IMG/VR virus record: IMGVR_UViG_3300032665_000055
Span: 1-47,195 of that record
Origin: a virus
Taxonomy: Duplodnaviria > Caudoviricetes
DNA length: 47,195 bases
Direction: 5' to 3' (one strand)
The position numbers were made by a program, and so were the translations under genes. Positions within the stretch are counted from its first letter, which is position 1, and each line of letters opens with the position of its first letter. Positions 16,726 to 27,225 of this stretch are shown one piece after another. The notes under the pieces were generated by a model. That model did no database searches, was not told where the DNA came from, and saw only the letters and a program-made list of their open reading frames with translations.

Positions 16726-17219
16726 GCGCGATTAAAAATAAATTGCTGGCGATGCAAGCCTTGCTTGATGGCAAGATTGATTCTGCGCCGTGCTTCATCG
16801 CATCTGATAAGGTTCACGCTTGGGAGATTCTTAAAAATCGTCCCGGCACGGCCAAAATTGCCGTTGGCTTTGGACGTGAAGATGCCCGCGTTAATTTCCC
16901 TGGCGGTGACATCACGGGCAGGGTTAATCAATACTTTTACGCCACAATCTCACGCGGTCGCGGACTCGCACAAAATCGCTCTGACAATTTGATTTATGGT
17001 GCAGGCGGTGGGAAGCCGCTGTTTGAATTGGCGGAAATCATGCGTGATGCTTTACGCGCTATCCGCTTTAATCCCGTCAATGACGAGCGTCCTGATTATA
17101 TCGGGATGGCCGAATGGGATTTGCAGACTTTTGGAATAGACGCCTACGAGGTTCGGATTTGGGTGGGGACTCAACTGCCGATGGAGCAACCGATTCAATT
17201 AAACCTAGAACCACATTAA
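16722..17219 (+). CDS. Putative tail completion/terminator protein
   Basis: Size and position between adaptor and tail tube. Confidence 0.5.
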   Translation: MSAIKNKLLAMQALLDGKIDSAPCFIASDKVHAWEILKNRPGTAKIAVGFGREDARVNFPGGDITGRVNQYFYATISRGRGLAQNRSDNLIYGAGGGKPLFELAEIMRDALRAIRFNPVNDERPDYIGMAEWDLQTFGIDAYEVRIWVGTQLPMEQPIQLNLEPH

Positions 17220-17223
17220 AATT

Positions 17224-17550
17224 ATGAGTGAAAATGCTGAAACTGTTCCCGCGCCGACGCCGGACGAAGTGAAATTGCAACAGCGCAAAGAGCGCGAAGC
17301 CAAAATCAATGCCCGCATTGAGGAATTAAAAACCTTTGAAGGCAAAACCTTTGTCCGCAATGACGGAACTGGACTGCCCGTCATTGTCAAGAAATACGCC
17401 GGAATGTTTTTGAAGGAAGGCCGGATGATTTACACCTTTGAAGTCGAAACTCCCGGCCATGCCGCTTGGAAACCGTCCGCGACTGATTTTCTGGCGGAGT
17501 ATCACGTTATTGAATCCGCCGCAACCGCAACCGAAGTTGAACCTTATTAA
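17224..17550 (+). CDS. Hypothetical protein
   Basis: 108-aa ORF in the late operon. Confidence 0.65.
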   Translation: MSENAETVPAPTPDEVKLQQRKEREAKINARIEELKTFEGKTFVRNDGTGLPVIVKKYAGMFLKEGRMIYTFEVETPGHAAWKPSATDFLAEYHVIESAATATEVEPY

Positions 17551-17555
17551 AATTT

Positions 17556-17996
17556 ATGACAACCGCTGGCAATGACGCGACTCTTTGGAGTCCAAACTTT
17601 CAGGTTTATGGCAATTCCTACATCGTCTGGGGGACGGAAGGAATCATGGGCAATTACATCGTCCTTTCCGCCAGCGAAAGCCAGCGGATTGAAGAGATTG
17701 ACATCATGCAGGGCGCAGGCTTTACGGCCATTGTCGTTTTACTGATGGACGGTAACGACGTTGACATTGAAGTGATTGACGACACGTCCATCACGCCGCC
17801 GACGATTGCTGGAAATCCGTATTTGTTGGTGACTCCTTATGGCACAATCCCGATGTTGCTTGTCGGAAATTCTGCCAACCAAGCTCCGAAACGTGAAGGT
17901 CATCGCAGCTTCAAATTCAAATCGTTCACGGCCATCAGCGGCCTCCACATTCTGGTTGGAATCGGTATGCTTGCCATGTCATTTTTTAATCAATGA
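17556..17996 (+). CDS. Putative tail tube protein
   Basis: Small beta-rich protein upstream of the chaperone and tape measure genes. Confidence 0.5.
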   Translation: MTTAGNDATLWSPNFQVYGNSYIVWGTEGIMGNYIVLSASESQRIEEIDIMQGAGFTAIVVLLMDGNDVDIEVIDDTSITPPTIAGNPYLLVTPYGTIPMLLVGNSANQAPKREGHRSFKFKSFTAISGLHILVGIGMLAMSFFNQ

Positions 17997-18772
17997 ATAT
18001 CAGGGCCAACATACCAGACATGAATTTGATTGGTGTTTATTCCATTATAAACACAGTCAATGGGAAGCGGTATGTTGGCAGCACGGCGATTTCATTCTCT
18101 GCCAGATTAGGTCAGCATGAGGTTTTACTTCGCGCCGGCAAACATACTTCCCGCCATCTTCAATCTGCTTGGGTTAAATATGGTGCGGAATCGTTTCAGT
18201 TTTGCGTTGAAGAAATTTGCGATGCTTCAAACGTCTTAATCCGTGAACAGTATTTTTTGGATTTTTACAAATCATACAATGATGAATTTGGTTACAACAT
18301 TTTGCCAAAGGCGGGGAGCCATTTAGGCGCAAAGCGCACAGACGAATCAAAAAAGAAAATGGGAAAATGGAAAAGGACAGCGGAACTTGGGGCTAAAATT
18401 TCTGAAGCGTTAAAGGGTCGCAAGCTGTCACAAGAACACGTTGAGAAAATGCGCGGCAGAAAGTTCTCGGAAGAAACCCGCGCTAAAATGAAGGCTGGAC
18501 ACGCTCGCGCAAGAAGCAATCCAGAAGTCATTGCGAGAATGGCTGCGGCTCAAAAAGGTAAAAAACATTCTGCCGAACACATTGTTAATCGTGTATCTAA
18601 AGTGATTGGAAAGAAACATTCTCCTGAATGGATTGAGGCAATTCGCCGTGGAAATGTTGGTAAGAAAAGAAGTGAAGAATCAAAATCCAACATTCGCGCC
18701 GCGCAATCAAAAAGAATTGAATCATTAAAGAAAACTGTCGCTTTGCGAAAGATGGCTTTGGCATTAAATTAA
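17993..18772 (+). CDS. GIY-YIG homing endonuclease with NUMOD3-type repeats
   Basis: GVYSIINTVNGKRYVGST, REQYFLD, GYNI; repeated G(K/R)K(H/R)SxE. Confidence 0.92.
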   Translation: MNIRANIPDMNLIGVYSIINTVNGKRYVGSTAISFSARLGQHEVLLRAGKHTSRHLQSAWVKYGAESFQFCVEEICDASNVLIREQYFLDFYKSYNDEFGYNILPKAGSHLGAKRTDESKKKMGKWKRTAELGAKISEALKGRKLSQEHVEKMRGRKFSEETRAKMKAGHARARSNPEVIARMAAAQKGKKHSAEHIVNRVSKVIGKKHSPEWIEAIRRGNVGKKRSEESKSNIRAAQSKRIESLKKTVALRKMALALN

Positions 18773-18775
18773 TTT

Positions 18776-19438
18776 ATGAAAACCATTGGCGAGATTCAGG
18801 ATTACAAGCGCAAATCGCATCATCCGTTGACGATTGATGGGCGAAATGTTTTGGAACTTGCCAGCGAAGACCCGCAAGCCGCGCATCGCTTGGTTGCGGA
18901 AACAGTGGACAAACTCGGCGGTCATCGCGCTTTGTTTGATTATCGCAGTCGCCAAAGCTGCATCCGTCAGGCGATGGCTAAACCCTTGCCGGGGGCGAGT
19001 GATGCGATTTTGAAAGATTCAATTCAAGTTGGCTCGCGTTCAATTCGTCCCGTCGTCCCTGTCCACTTCGCCGTTTTGCAAGGCTTGGATTCTCCGCTGC
19101 TTAAATTGATTGCCGATGCGACGGCGAACAAAAAGGCGGATTTGGTTAATCCAACGCAGGAACAGAAATGGGAAATTTGCCATGTGTTCACGGAAGACCC
19201 TAAAACCTTGTTTAAGGCGTTCAAGTCGAAAGGGGCTGACTTCATTCGCGAACAGTCTGCCGACGCTGTAGGGATGACTTGGGATGCGTCAGAGGTAGAG
19301 CTGGCAATGCCCGCCATCATGGAGCAGTTGAAGCGGCATATTGAGACAACGGTTAAATTTGCGGCAGAGATGGAGGCAAAAGGTGATGTCAGTTTTTTTC
19401 GGGAGGAAAAGAGCGAAGTCTTGAAGCCATCGGCGTAG
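18776..19438 (+). CDS. Tail assembly chaperone (gpG-like)
   Basis: Position before the tape measure; slippery T TTT TTT at 19393-19399. Confidence 0.65.
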   Translation: MKTIGEIQDYKRKSHHPLTIDGRNVLELASEDPQAAHRLVAETVDKLGGHRALFDYRSRQSCIRQAMAKPLPGASDAILKDSIQVGSRSIRPVVPVHFAVLQGLDSPLLKLIADATANKKADLVNPTQEQKWEICHVFTEDPKTLFKAFKSKGADFIREQSADAVGMTWDASEVELAMPAIMEQLKRHIETTVKFAAEMEAKGDVSFFREEKSEVLKPSA

Positions 19439-19653
19439 GCTGGCTTTTGGAATACGTTGCGCGGTATCGCAAGTATTATCCCGCCGATTCGCGGGAAGAT
19501 GTTTGGTGCGAAATCGCAATGGCGGAAGGCTACGCCATGATTGCGGCAGCGATGTCTTTGGATAGTTGGCTTCAATTCTCTGGTATAAGCATCTCTGATG
19601 GCGCATACTTGCGCCAAGAAGTTGAAAGAATAATGAAAGCCAAAAAACCGTGA
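19393..19653 (+). CDS. -1 frameshift extension of the chaperone (gpGT-like)
   Basis: The -1 frame is open from 19399 and continuous with ORF 19447..19653. Confidence 0.65.
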   Translation, partial: FFSGGKERSLEAIGVGWLLEYVARYRKYYPADSREDVWCEIAMAEGYAMIAAAMSLDSWLQFSGISISDGAYLRQEVERIMKAKKP

Positions 19654-21185
19654 GCAACTACGTTTTATCAATCCAACTCGAAGGCGCGGACAAAGCCGAT
19701 GCCGCGCTGGATTCGTTGCTTGCCAAAGTAGGAAAACTTTCTTCCGGTTCGGTTGATTTCAGTCTCGACAAAGCGATTGATGATTCTGGCATTTTGAAGT
19801 CTGGCGAAGGCATGGGCGAGGAGCTTTCCAAGGGAATCAAAAAAGGCGTAAAGAAAAACCTTTCTGGAAATTGGCTTGGACTAACCGGCGAGTTTGGGGC
19901 TGCGGTTCAAAGGGCGGTTTCGCCATTAAATAAATTTTGGGAAGACGCTATTAAACGCGGTCAAAAAGGATTGCCAGAACAGCCGATGCAAGGGCCGGAT
20001 TTAAGTGGTGATTTGCGTCGTAAATTTTGGAAAATTAAAGGATTGCCAGAACCGGGAGGCAAAGATTTATCTAAAATTTCCAATCTTCCATCTATTGAAG
20101 ATTTGCAAAAGGGGATTATTAAAGGATTGCCAGAGCCGGGAGGCAAAGATTTGGCAAAGGTTCAAATGCTTCCCGATATTGGCAAGATTTTGGAAGATGA
20201 AGCTAAAGCGAAAAAACTTGATTGGGGCAAGATTTTTACAGGGGTTGCGCTTGGTTTTACCAATCCCTATATCGGTTCCCGTGTTTTGTCTGACGAACTC
20301 GGCAAGAAATTAAACGCAAGTGGCGGTGGTATTGCCGGTGGATTATTCGGCAAAGGCGGCATTGCCGGATTCTCTGAAATTTTTCTGGCGTTTAAGTCGT
20401 TCAAAATTGCTGTTGATATTTTCAAATATGCGGCAAGGCTTTTTAATGGCGCAGTTAAACAAGCCGACAAATTTTATTCTAATGCTCTACAAAACGGAAT
20501 GGGAGCCGGATTCTCAATTCGCCGTGGAACATTAGCTCAAATTATGGGCGTTAGCGAACAGGATGTTTTTCGCTTTGGCGCACAGATGGCTTATTTGAAT
20601 CCTAAAATAGAATGGGCATCAAAGATTTTAACGGAAACAAACAAGCCACTTACGGAAGTTTCTTGGAACATGAAGGTTTTGAAACTGGATATTTCCGCAA
20701 TGGTTTCAAAACTTGCCAATGACGCGGCTCCTGCCGTTTTAAGATTTGTCGAATCACTGGACAAGCTGGTTAAATTTTTAGGAAATAACTACAAATTAAT
20801 TACAGACCCTACTGGCATTAAATCTGAACAGGAAAAATACAAAGATGCCGTAGCTGTTGCAAATAAAGCCACCGGAGGGGCTGGTATGCCATTTACAGAC
20901 CAGCGCAAATTATGGAATGACGCGCTTAAAAATGCGTTGGCTTTAGGTTCTAAGGTTCAATCTGGTATGCCATCTACTGAATCATGGATGAAACAACTTC
21001 CCGCGAGTCATTGGGAGAAAATGGGTTTGATTATGGGGCCGCAGTCGCAGAATTACGCCAAGCAAACTGCTAAAAATACCGGAGATATGGCAAAAGGAAT
21101 CGCCATTATTGCCAAGCATTATATTGGCAAAAACGGAGCAAATTTAGGAAATTTCGGAATGAGTCCAAACGTAGCGCAACCATGA
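19650..21185 (+). CDS. Tape measure protein (short)
   Basis: Helical Ala/Gly/Lys-rich, follows the chaperone pair; KGLPE(P/Q) repeats near 19965, 20037 and 20121. Confidence 0.65.
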   Translation: MSNYVLSIQLEGADKADAALDSLLAKVGKLSSGSVDFSLDKAIDDSGILKSGEGMGEELSKGIKKGVKKNLSGNWLGLTGEFGAAVQRAVSPLNKFWEDAIKRGQKGLPEQPMQGPDLSGDLRRKFWKIKGLPEPGGKDLSKISNLPSIEDLQKGIIKGLPEPGGKDLAKVQMLPDIGKILEDEAKAKKLDWGKIFTGVALGFTNPYIGSRVLSDELGKKLNASGGGIAGGLFGKGGIAGFSEIFLAFKSFKIAVDIFKYAARLFNGAVKQADKFYSNALQNGMGAGFSIRRGTLAQIMGVSEQDVFRFGAQMAYLNPKIEWASKILTETNKPLTEVSWNMKVLKLDISAMVSKLANDAAPAVLRFVESLDKLVKFLGNNYKLITDPTGIKSEQEKYKDAVAVANKATGGAGMPFTDQRKLWNDALKNALALGSKVQSGMPSTESWMKQLPASHWEKMGLIMGPQSQNYAKQTAKNTGDMAKGIAIIAKHYIGKNGANLGNFGMSPNVAQP

Positions 21186-21682
21186 AAACTTTAATTCAAC
21201 CACAAGTCACCGTTGCCGAAGACGGCAAGTCCGCAACTATTGTTGTTCAAATTGTTGATGTTCCATTTAACGCGTTGCTGACAACCCGCGTTTCGCATGG
21301 ACATTTGAATCCTGACAACATGGCGCATCCGCGCCGGATTCAATCTTCAAACCAAGCGGTTTTTCTGGAAGCTCCCGGCGTCAAGGTGGCAATGCCAAAT
21401 GAAACGATTGCGGCGATTTTTGCGGCCATTGAACCTAAAACCACATTCGCTCCGGTTCTAAAAAAAGACAAGGATGGCTCGATAAAAGTAATCAGCGAAA
21501 CTCCGGTTAAATTGCAATGGCAGGTTTCTGATGATGGCAAGTCATGGACAGATGTTGCGGGTGCAAATGCGCCTGTATTGCAATCTTGTAACATTAAACC
21601 GGGACAGTGGAAACGATTAACCGCCACAAACGCCGCTGGAAAGCTTGAAAGCAAGCCAATTCAAATTCCTCCCGTAAAATAA
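21182..21682 (+). CDS. Structural protein with Ig-like C-terminal segment
   Basis: LQWQVSDDGKSWTDVAGANAPVL. Confidence 0.55.
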   Translation: MKTLIQPQVTVAEDGKSATIVVQIVDVPFNALLTTRVSHGHLNPDNMAHPRRIQSSNQAVFLEAPGVKVAMPNETIAAIFAAIEPKTTFAPVLKKDKDGSIKVISETPVKLQWQVSDDGKSWTDVAGANAPVLQSCNIKPGQWKRLTATNAAGKLESKPIQIPPVK

Positions 21683-21683
21683 T

Positions 21684-23066
21684 ATGTCATGGGTTTTACC
21701 AGTTGGTTTAGATTCCGCCGATGGCGAGACATTGTTGCCAGCGCAACCGATTGATTCCGGCGGAGCTCCGCGCATTGTTGGAACTCCGCTACCGACTGCC
21801 GACTTTCAAATTTGGGGAACGAATGGCGGTTATTTTGTTCAAGAGCAACCCGGTTCACCAAGAATTGAACGCGCCGAACAATGCACTTGCGAGCATCGCG
21901 TTAAAGTGGACAAGTCGAGCGGGCTTTATTATTTCGCCAATATGCCGCGCGGAACGGTTGTCACTGATACTGGCGCAAACATTTGGCGAATCCTTCTCTG
22001 CGAATATGAGCGCGAGTCTGACTTGTGTGTGACTTTGCATTACGTCATGGAGTCGCTTTCTTTTGACTCTCCGCTAGATGATTTCAGTATTCATGCAAGT
22101 TCGCTGGACTTAAATATAATCAAATATCCGCGCTATTGGCGTTGGCTTTGTCCTTACGCTGGCGATAGCGCGACAATTTCAATTAATGATATTCAAGTGT
22201 CCATCACGATTTTGAAAGAAGCGATTATTCGCATGATTCAAAATTACATTGAGTCGCCTTTCTTTCCGACGCAAAACCAGACAAACAGTCTGATTCAGGT
22301 CAACATAATCAACGCACTTAATACCGGCAGCTTTCAATTTCATTATGCCAATCCGACGTTTAAACCGGACAAGAAGATTGTTGACCCAGTAGTTTGGAGC
22401 GGAAAAAATTCAGACATTCCAAGTCTTAACAATCCGAATTGTGCCTACTATTTGATTCCAAGCGATGCTGCGTATGCACAAGACGACCCGGACACCGGCC
22501 CGATTCACATGGCGATTGCCGCCGCGAAGGAATTGATTTCAAAACTTTGGCGACAGGAAGACACGCCTTATTTGGTTGGTTATGACGTTGTTTGGACTCA
22601 ATACTTTTTTCAACCTGTCTGGCTTAATCCCGGCGGTTATCAAGAAGACCCGCGCGATTGGATTCCGTCTTATTTCATGTCCCCCGGCTTGAATTGGCCT
22701 CCGACTAATTTAGGCGTTATTCCAGGGGGCGACCAAACCGCATTGCCGACTTGGCAACCGGGAACCGGCAATGCTGATTCGGTTGCCGGTGGAGATATTG
22801 GCGACGGCAGTATTTTTGACCAGCTTGTTTCCATTAACCCGCAATCTTATTCCAGCGATGGAACCACGAATGGCGATTTAGTTCTGTCCAGCTTGCGTGA
22901 GGCGGATGATTTTGATTATGAGCGGACATGGTTCAAAGTTCCGCACAAGTGGAAAGTTGCGCCGGTTGGAAAATGGGATTCCGACCTGTATCTTCAATAT
23001 GGAGAAGACGCGCCGCAGCAAGTTTCTGACTTTAATGAAAATCCGATTAACGCCGCCGATATATGA
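21684..23066 (+). CDS. Putative tail tip/baseplate protein
   Basis: 460 aa, acidic, position after the tape measure. Confidence 0.55.
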   Translation: MSWVLPVGLDSADGETLLPAQPIDSGGAPRIVGTPLPTADFQIWGTNGGYFVQEQPGSPRIERAEQCTCEHRVKVDKSSGLYYFANMPRGTVVTDTGANIWRILLCEYERESDLCVTLHYVMESLSFDSPLDDFSIHASSLDLNIIKYPRYWRWLCPYAGDSATISINDIQVSITILKEAIIRMIQNYIESPFFPTQNQTNSLIQVNIINALNTGSFQFHYANPTFKPDKKIVDPVVWSGKNSDIPSLNNPNCAYYLIPSDAAYAQDDPDTGPIHMAIAAAKELISKLWRQEDTPYLVGYDVVWTQYFFQPVWLNPGGYQEDPRDWIPSYFMSPGLNWPPTNLGVIPGGDQTALPTWQPGTGNADSVAGGDIGDGSIFDQLVSINPQSYSSDGTTNGDLVLSSLREADDFDYERTWFKVPHKWKVAPVGKWDSDLYLQYGEDAPQQVSDFNENPINAADI

Positions 23067-23707
23067 ATTTTAATGCGCCAGTCGGATTAAGGCAGCGTTC
23101 GCAATTCAGCGAAGGCAGCAAATTGGCGTCATCGCGGGATTCGCGCAGCAATTCGCAGCTTTGGAAAAAGGCGCAAAATACCGACCGCCAAATGCAAGCG
23201 TCCATGCAAGCGTTGCAAAAAACTGTTGCACAAGTTTCAAAGCAACGACGCAAGCCTTTAGGTGGTGGATTTCCAGCGCAATCATTGCAAGACTTTCAAA
23301 TCGTTTCCGATGGCGGGGATTGGTATAATTGCTATTCATTTGATGGCGTAACGGCTGACGGTGGAATTGTTAAAGTTGCCAAGCATCAAGAGTTGCGTTG
23401 CATCCTGCCAACCGCAGACCCCGCTGGTGGTGCATGGCCTTCAAAAGAAATTCGCGGCGTTACCTACGCTTACACATATAACCCCATTGCCGGTGATACT
23501 GACGATGGCGTAAATGTGGTTGAATATACCCGCAGCGTTGTCGGTTCGGATGTGTCGAGCGAAACGGATTACATCACGCCGTGCCTGAATGTTGGCGACA
23601 TCATTTCCGCTTTTCAAACTTCATTTGCCGGCCCCGATACATTGATTGACGTGACGTGGCAAGCATTGGCTGACGGTAGAGCATGGGCAGCAAAACCAGT
23701 CGCATAA
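23063..23707 (+). CDS. Putative tail protein
   Basis: 214 aa, coupled to the upstream gene. Confidence 0.55.
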   Translation: MNFNAPVGLRQRSQFSEGSKLASSRDSRSNSQLWKKAQNTDRQMQASMQALQKTVAQVSKQRRKPLGGGFPAQSLQDFQIVSDGGDWYNCYSFDGVTADGGIVKVAKHQELRCILPTADPAGGAWPSKEIRGVTYAYTYNPIAGDTDDGVNVVEYTRSVVGSDVSSETDYITPCLNVGDIISAFQTSFAGPDTLIDVTWQALADGRAWAAKPVA

Positions 23708-23708
23708 T

Positions 23709-24392
23709 ATGAACGAAAACTTTATTCAGTCCGGCTGTCAAGACTTTACCCAGAGTCAATGCCAGAATCGAGCGATGAATGTTTCAACTCCTCCATTGAC
23801 CGGAGTTTTATATTTTTACATTCAATTTTTTATCACTTGTCCATGTAGCGCAATTCAGGGATACACTGACATCCTTAATGCAAACGCTGACACTATAATG
23901 GCTGGCATGGAATACGCCCCTTTTGCGTCTGGTTATTCCTACGATTTTGATGTTTTCCCGACGTTTAATATTGCTAATGGAACATACGGAAGAGGTTCTT
24001 CAATAATTGGAGTTGATGGTTCACATATCGAGACAACGCCCTACGGCGGTGGCGAAACCGCCGCGATTGCCCTTGCCAACGCAGACGCAACAAGGAAAAA
24101 ACTCATGTTGTTGTGGACATGGAATTCTTCGGTTGCTGTCGGAACTCCAGCGGTGTTAAGTAATAATTTTCCGTATAGAAGTTTTGCAACCGGAGGAGCA
24201 ATTCCCAATATAGTCGCCTCAACCATTTTTTCCGTAACTCCACCAACTTTGAAAGGCCCGACTCCTACGCTTGGAAGTGTCTATAAAAGACCGATGCCAG
24301 TTGAAGCAACCTACACTTTTGCGACCCGCCCCGGAGCAGAGTGGCTTTATTTTACGGTGCTTGGGCAAATTAACAGTATTCCGGGATATTAA
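23709..24392 (+). CDS. Putative tail protein
   Basis: 227-aa ORF in the tail module. Confidence 0.55.
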   Translation: MNENFIQSGCQDFTQSQCQNRAMNVSTPPLTGVLYFYIQFFITCPCSAIQGYTDILNANADTIMAGMEYAPFASGYSYDFDVFPTFNIANGTYGRGSSIIGVDGSHIETTPYGGGETAAIALANADATRKKLMLLWTWNSSVAVGTPAVLSNNFPYRSFATGGAIPNIVASTIFSVTPPTLKGPTPTLGSVYKRPMPVEATYTFATRPGAEWLYFTVLGQINSIPGY

Positions 24393-24407
24393 TAACTGCT
24401 AAACCAC

Positions 24408-27224
24408 TTGACTTTTATGAATCAGAAACGATTATCTTTTGTGATGAAATTACTTGCGCTTCTAATGGTATTTTTCGCCTGTTTCTTGGCGGAAGCGCAA
24501 ACTTCCGTGCAATTTACTTTCGCCAATGGACAATACAGCCTTTCGCAATACACCAACGTTTTAGTCCAGATTCAGTCAGAGCATTTGAACGCCAGCGGTT
24601 CGGTTACGATTTTACAGCCGCCGATTTACCGATATACCGACACTAACGCATCGGTGACATTTTCAAATCTGGCAGGGAATTATTCAGGTGGTTACTACCA
24701 TTGGACTGTTCCGGCATTTACGAGCGCAAATGGCTTTAATCCTCCCGTAAAGTCTGAAGGCGACATCCAAATTGTTTCTACGAATCTTGGCTTGATTCCC
24801 TCGACTTCCGTTGGCGTGACATTTGTGCCGGTCTATAACGGATTCGGCGCGGCGTGGACGGCTCAAGCCTCGGACTTGCGTTATTCGCAATCTTCAAACA
24901 ATCTGACAAGCTACGTCCAAATTGGACAGCTTAATTCAACCTCAAATTCTTTAGTCTCGCAGATTGCTTCTGTCACAAACGGAATCAACTCGGCGGCGTA
25001 TTTTCCAAGCAATGCCTTTGATTCATTTGGTATGTCTGCGACGGCACAAACAAACGCGCAAACATTTGCCTCGACAAACAAGGTTTCGCTTTCGCAGCTT
25101 CCGCCGTCTGTTTTAACGAATGGCTTTTCATCCACTTTTGTAACCTTTAACGACGGTCTTCAAGTCAACGGTGACGTAACGCTTCCTGATGCTGGAATTT
25201 TTTACACTCATGGAAATTTTGAGGGTGGAAATTTTCTGGGAAATGGGGCTGGCTTGACTGGAATACTTTATTCAAACATTGTTGGCGTTCCAGCTATTCC
25301 GTCAACAAATGGATTTATCAATTCGGCAACCGCAACAAACATTGCCAATTCGATTTATTCAAACAATCCATCTGGTTATATTTCCGCATCGGCTACCAAT
25401 CAGCTTGTAAATACAAATGCGCTGGCGAACTACACGCTTTTAACGGCTTTTACATCCGGCACAAATTCCGTCGCTACAAACGGAGCTGCCAACCTGATTG
25501 CAACGAACAACCTTTTAATCGCTTCGTTTAATTCGTCTTTAAGCAATTTGAACTTGGCAATGGCAGCGGCTACCAACGCGCTTTATTCGTCCAAACAGCC
25601 GGCAAGTTTGACGCTTTCAAATCTTTCTGCCACTGGCGCATTTACAAACATTCTTAACGCTGGTGCGAACATTTATTTAACGACGAACGTAAGCGGCACA
25701 ATTGTTTCTATTAACGCAAGTAACCAAACTTTCTTGACGAATAGCTTCGGCTCAATCGTAACACACAACGCCACGGATTATATTTTAACAAATGCACTGC
25801 CAGCTTTAACGAATGGATTTGTGACTTCATCGGTCACGAATGGGCTTGCCACAATTGCCTACGTTAATTCTCAAATTGGTTCTGGCGTCGGCTTTACCAA
25901 TGGGCTTGTTGCCGGTCAAAACGTGACGCTGACAACTAATTTCAGCGGCACAATCGTATCGGTCAATGCGACTAACCAGACGTTTCTTACAAATGGTTTT
26001 GGCTCAATCGTGACTCACGCCGCGACGGACTATATTCTTACCAATGCGCTTCCCGCGCTCACCAACGGTTTCGTTTCCGCCACTATTACAAACGGCCTCG
26101 TTGGTGCTTCTATCACGAATGGGTTTGCCACTACAAACTACGTCAACGCGCAAGGATTTGTGACGGCGACGGCTACAAATGGACTGGCAACCACCAATTT
26201 CGTGCTGTCCACGCTGATTAACAGTAACGCCAACTTTGCGACGTTTGCAACGGTTTCGGCAAGCAATACCGCCAACTTGGTTATCACAACCAACTTTGTG
26301 ATTGCTTCAACGAACGGTGGAAACATTGTTTTCACAAACAGTCCGCAATTTACGATGGCAATTACAAACGTGTCTGCGCTCATGCCGGTGACAAATGGGC
26401 TGGCGCAAGGCTGGTTTGGATTCGGCACGAAAACAAACTTCCTGCTCACGACGAACATTGTCAGCATCATCGGCGGCGGCTCGCCGGTAGAAGGAACGTA
26501 TTTGAACGGCACAAACACTTTTAACCATTCTCTGACAATCGTGTTGTCAGGCGGCAATTATTACATTCAGAGTAACGGCGTTTCGCTTTACCAGAGCGCA
26601 AACATTGTGACATGGACTTTGGTTTCCGGCGTCAATCCACCACCGCAAGGGGCATGGGGAACAAGTTGGCACATGAATGGGACTGTGTTGCGCGGCTTCG
26701 TCACGTCCACAAATCTGACTTGGCAAATCACAAATACGATTGCGAACATGACAATTTTGGCGAATACAAACTTTGTCTTGTCCGGCTACATTGAAGGATT
26801 TACCACGAATAATCAATTTTCAACTAGCGGAACAAATACAATCATCAATCTGATTGCCCAATACGGCGTCAATCCCACTAACGGCATATCGGCGGCAACG
26901 GCGACGAACATTGCAGCGGCGCAAGCGCAAATGGTCACTAATGGATTCACTGCGATTGTATTTAGTAACCCTGCGACATTTTATCTAAACAGCAATCCGT
27001 CGAACTACACCGCTTTCCAATTAGTGACTAACCTGATTCAGCAAGCCACCAACGGAATAACCGGCGGAGGTGGAACTAATGCGGCTCAAGTTTTCTTTAC
27101 TCCAACCAATCCTTATTCTATAACTGCGCAAGCGGCGTCAATAGCTTTTAATACGAATGGATGTATGTGGATAAATCGTAACGGAAATTCAAATAACTGG
27201 CTTAACATTATTACAAATAACTAA
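24408..27224 (+). CDS. Large secreted TN-rich fibre-like protein (start likely MKLLALL at 24444)
   Basis: Signal MKLLALLMVFFACFLAEA|Q, FLGNGAGLTGI fibre motif, about 50 TN dipeptides, 84-aa-period internal duplication. Confidence 0.75.
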   Translation: MTFMNQKRLSFVMKLLALLMVFFACFLAEAQTSVQFTFANGQYSLSQYTNVLVQIQSEHLNASGSVTILQPPIYRYTDTNASVTFSNLAGNYSGGYYHWTVPAFTSANGFNPPVKSEGDIQIVSTNLGLIPSTSVGVTFVPVYNGFGAAWTAQASDLRYSQSSNNLTSYVQIGQLNSTSNSLVSQIASVTNGINSAAYFPSNAFDSFGMSATAQTNAQTFASTNKVSLSQLPPSVLTNGFSSTFVTFNDGLQVNGDVTLPDAGIFYTHGNFEGGNFLGNGAGLTGILYSNIVGVPAIPSTNGFINSATATNIANSIYSNNPSGYISASATNQLVNTNALANYTLLTAFTSGTNSVATNGAANLIATNNLLIASFNSSLSNLNLAMAAATNALYSSKQPASLTLSNLSATGAFTNILNAGANIYLTTNVSGTIVSINASNQTFLTNSFGSIVTHNATDYILTNALPALTNGFVTSSVTNGLATIAYVNSQIGSGVGFTNGLVAGQNVTLTTNFSGTIVSVNATNQTFLTNGFGSIVTHAATDYILTNALPALTNGFVSATITNGLVGASITNGFATTNYVNAQGFVTATATNGLATTNFVLSTLINSNANFATFATVSASNTANLVITTNFVIASTNGGNIVFTNSPQFTMAITNVSALMPVTNGLAQGWFGFGTKTNFLLTTNIVSIIGGGSPVEGTYLNGTNTFNHSLTIVLSGGNYYIQSNGVSLYQSANIVTWTLVSGVNPPPQGAWGTSWHMNGTVLRGFVTSTNLTWQITNTIANMTILANTNFVLSGYIEGFTTNNQFSTSGTNTIINLIAQYGVNPTNGISAATATNIAAAQAQMVTNGFTAIVFSNPATFYLNSNPSNYTAFQLVTNLIQQATNGITGGGGTNAAQVFFTPTNPYSITAQAASIAFNTNGCMWINRNGNSNNWLNIITNN
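25641..26100 (+). repeat. Internal tandem duplication, 252-nt period
   Basis: SGTIVS(I/V)NA(S/T)NQTFLTN.FGSIVTH.ATDYILTNALPALTNGFV twice (anchors 25692 and 25944). Confidence 0.85.
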
Positions 27225-27225
27225 T

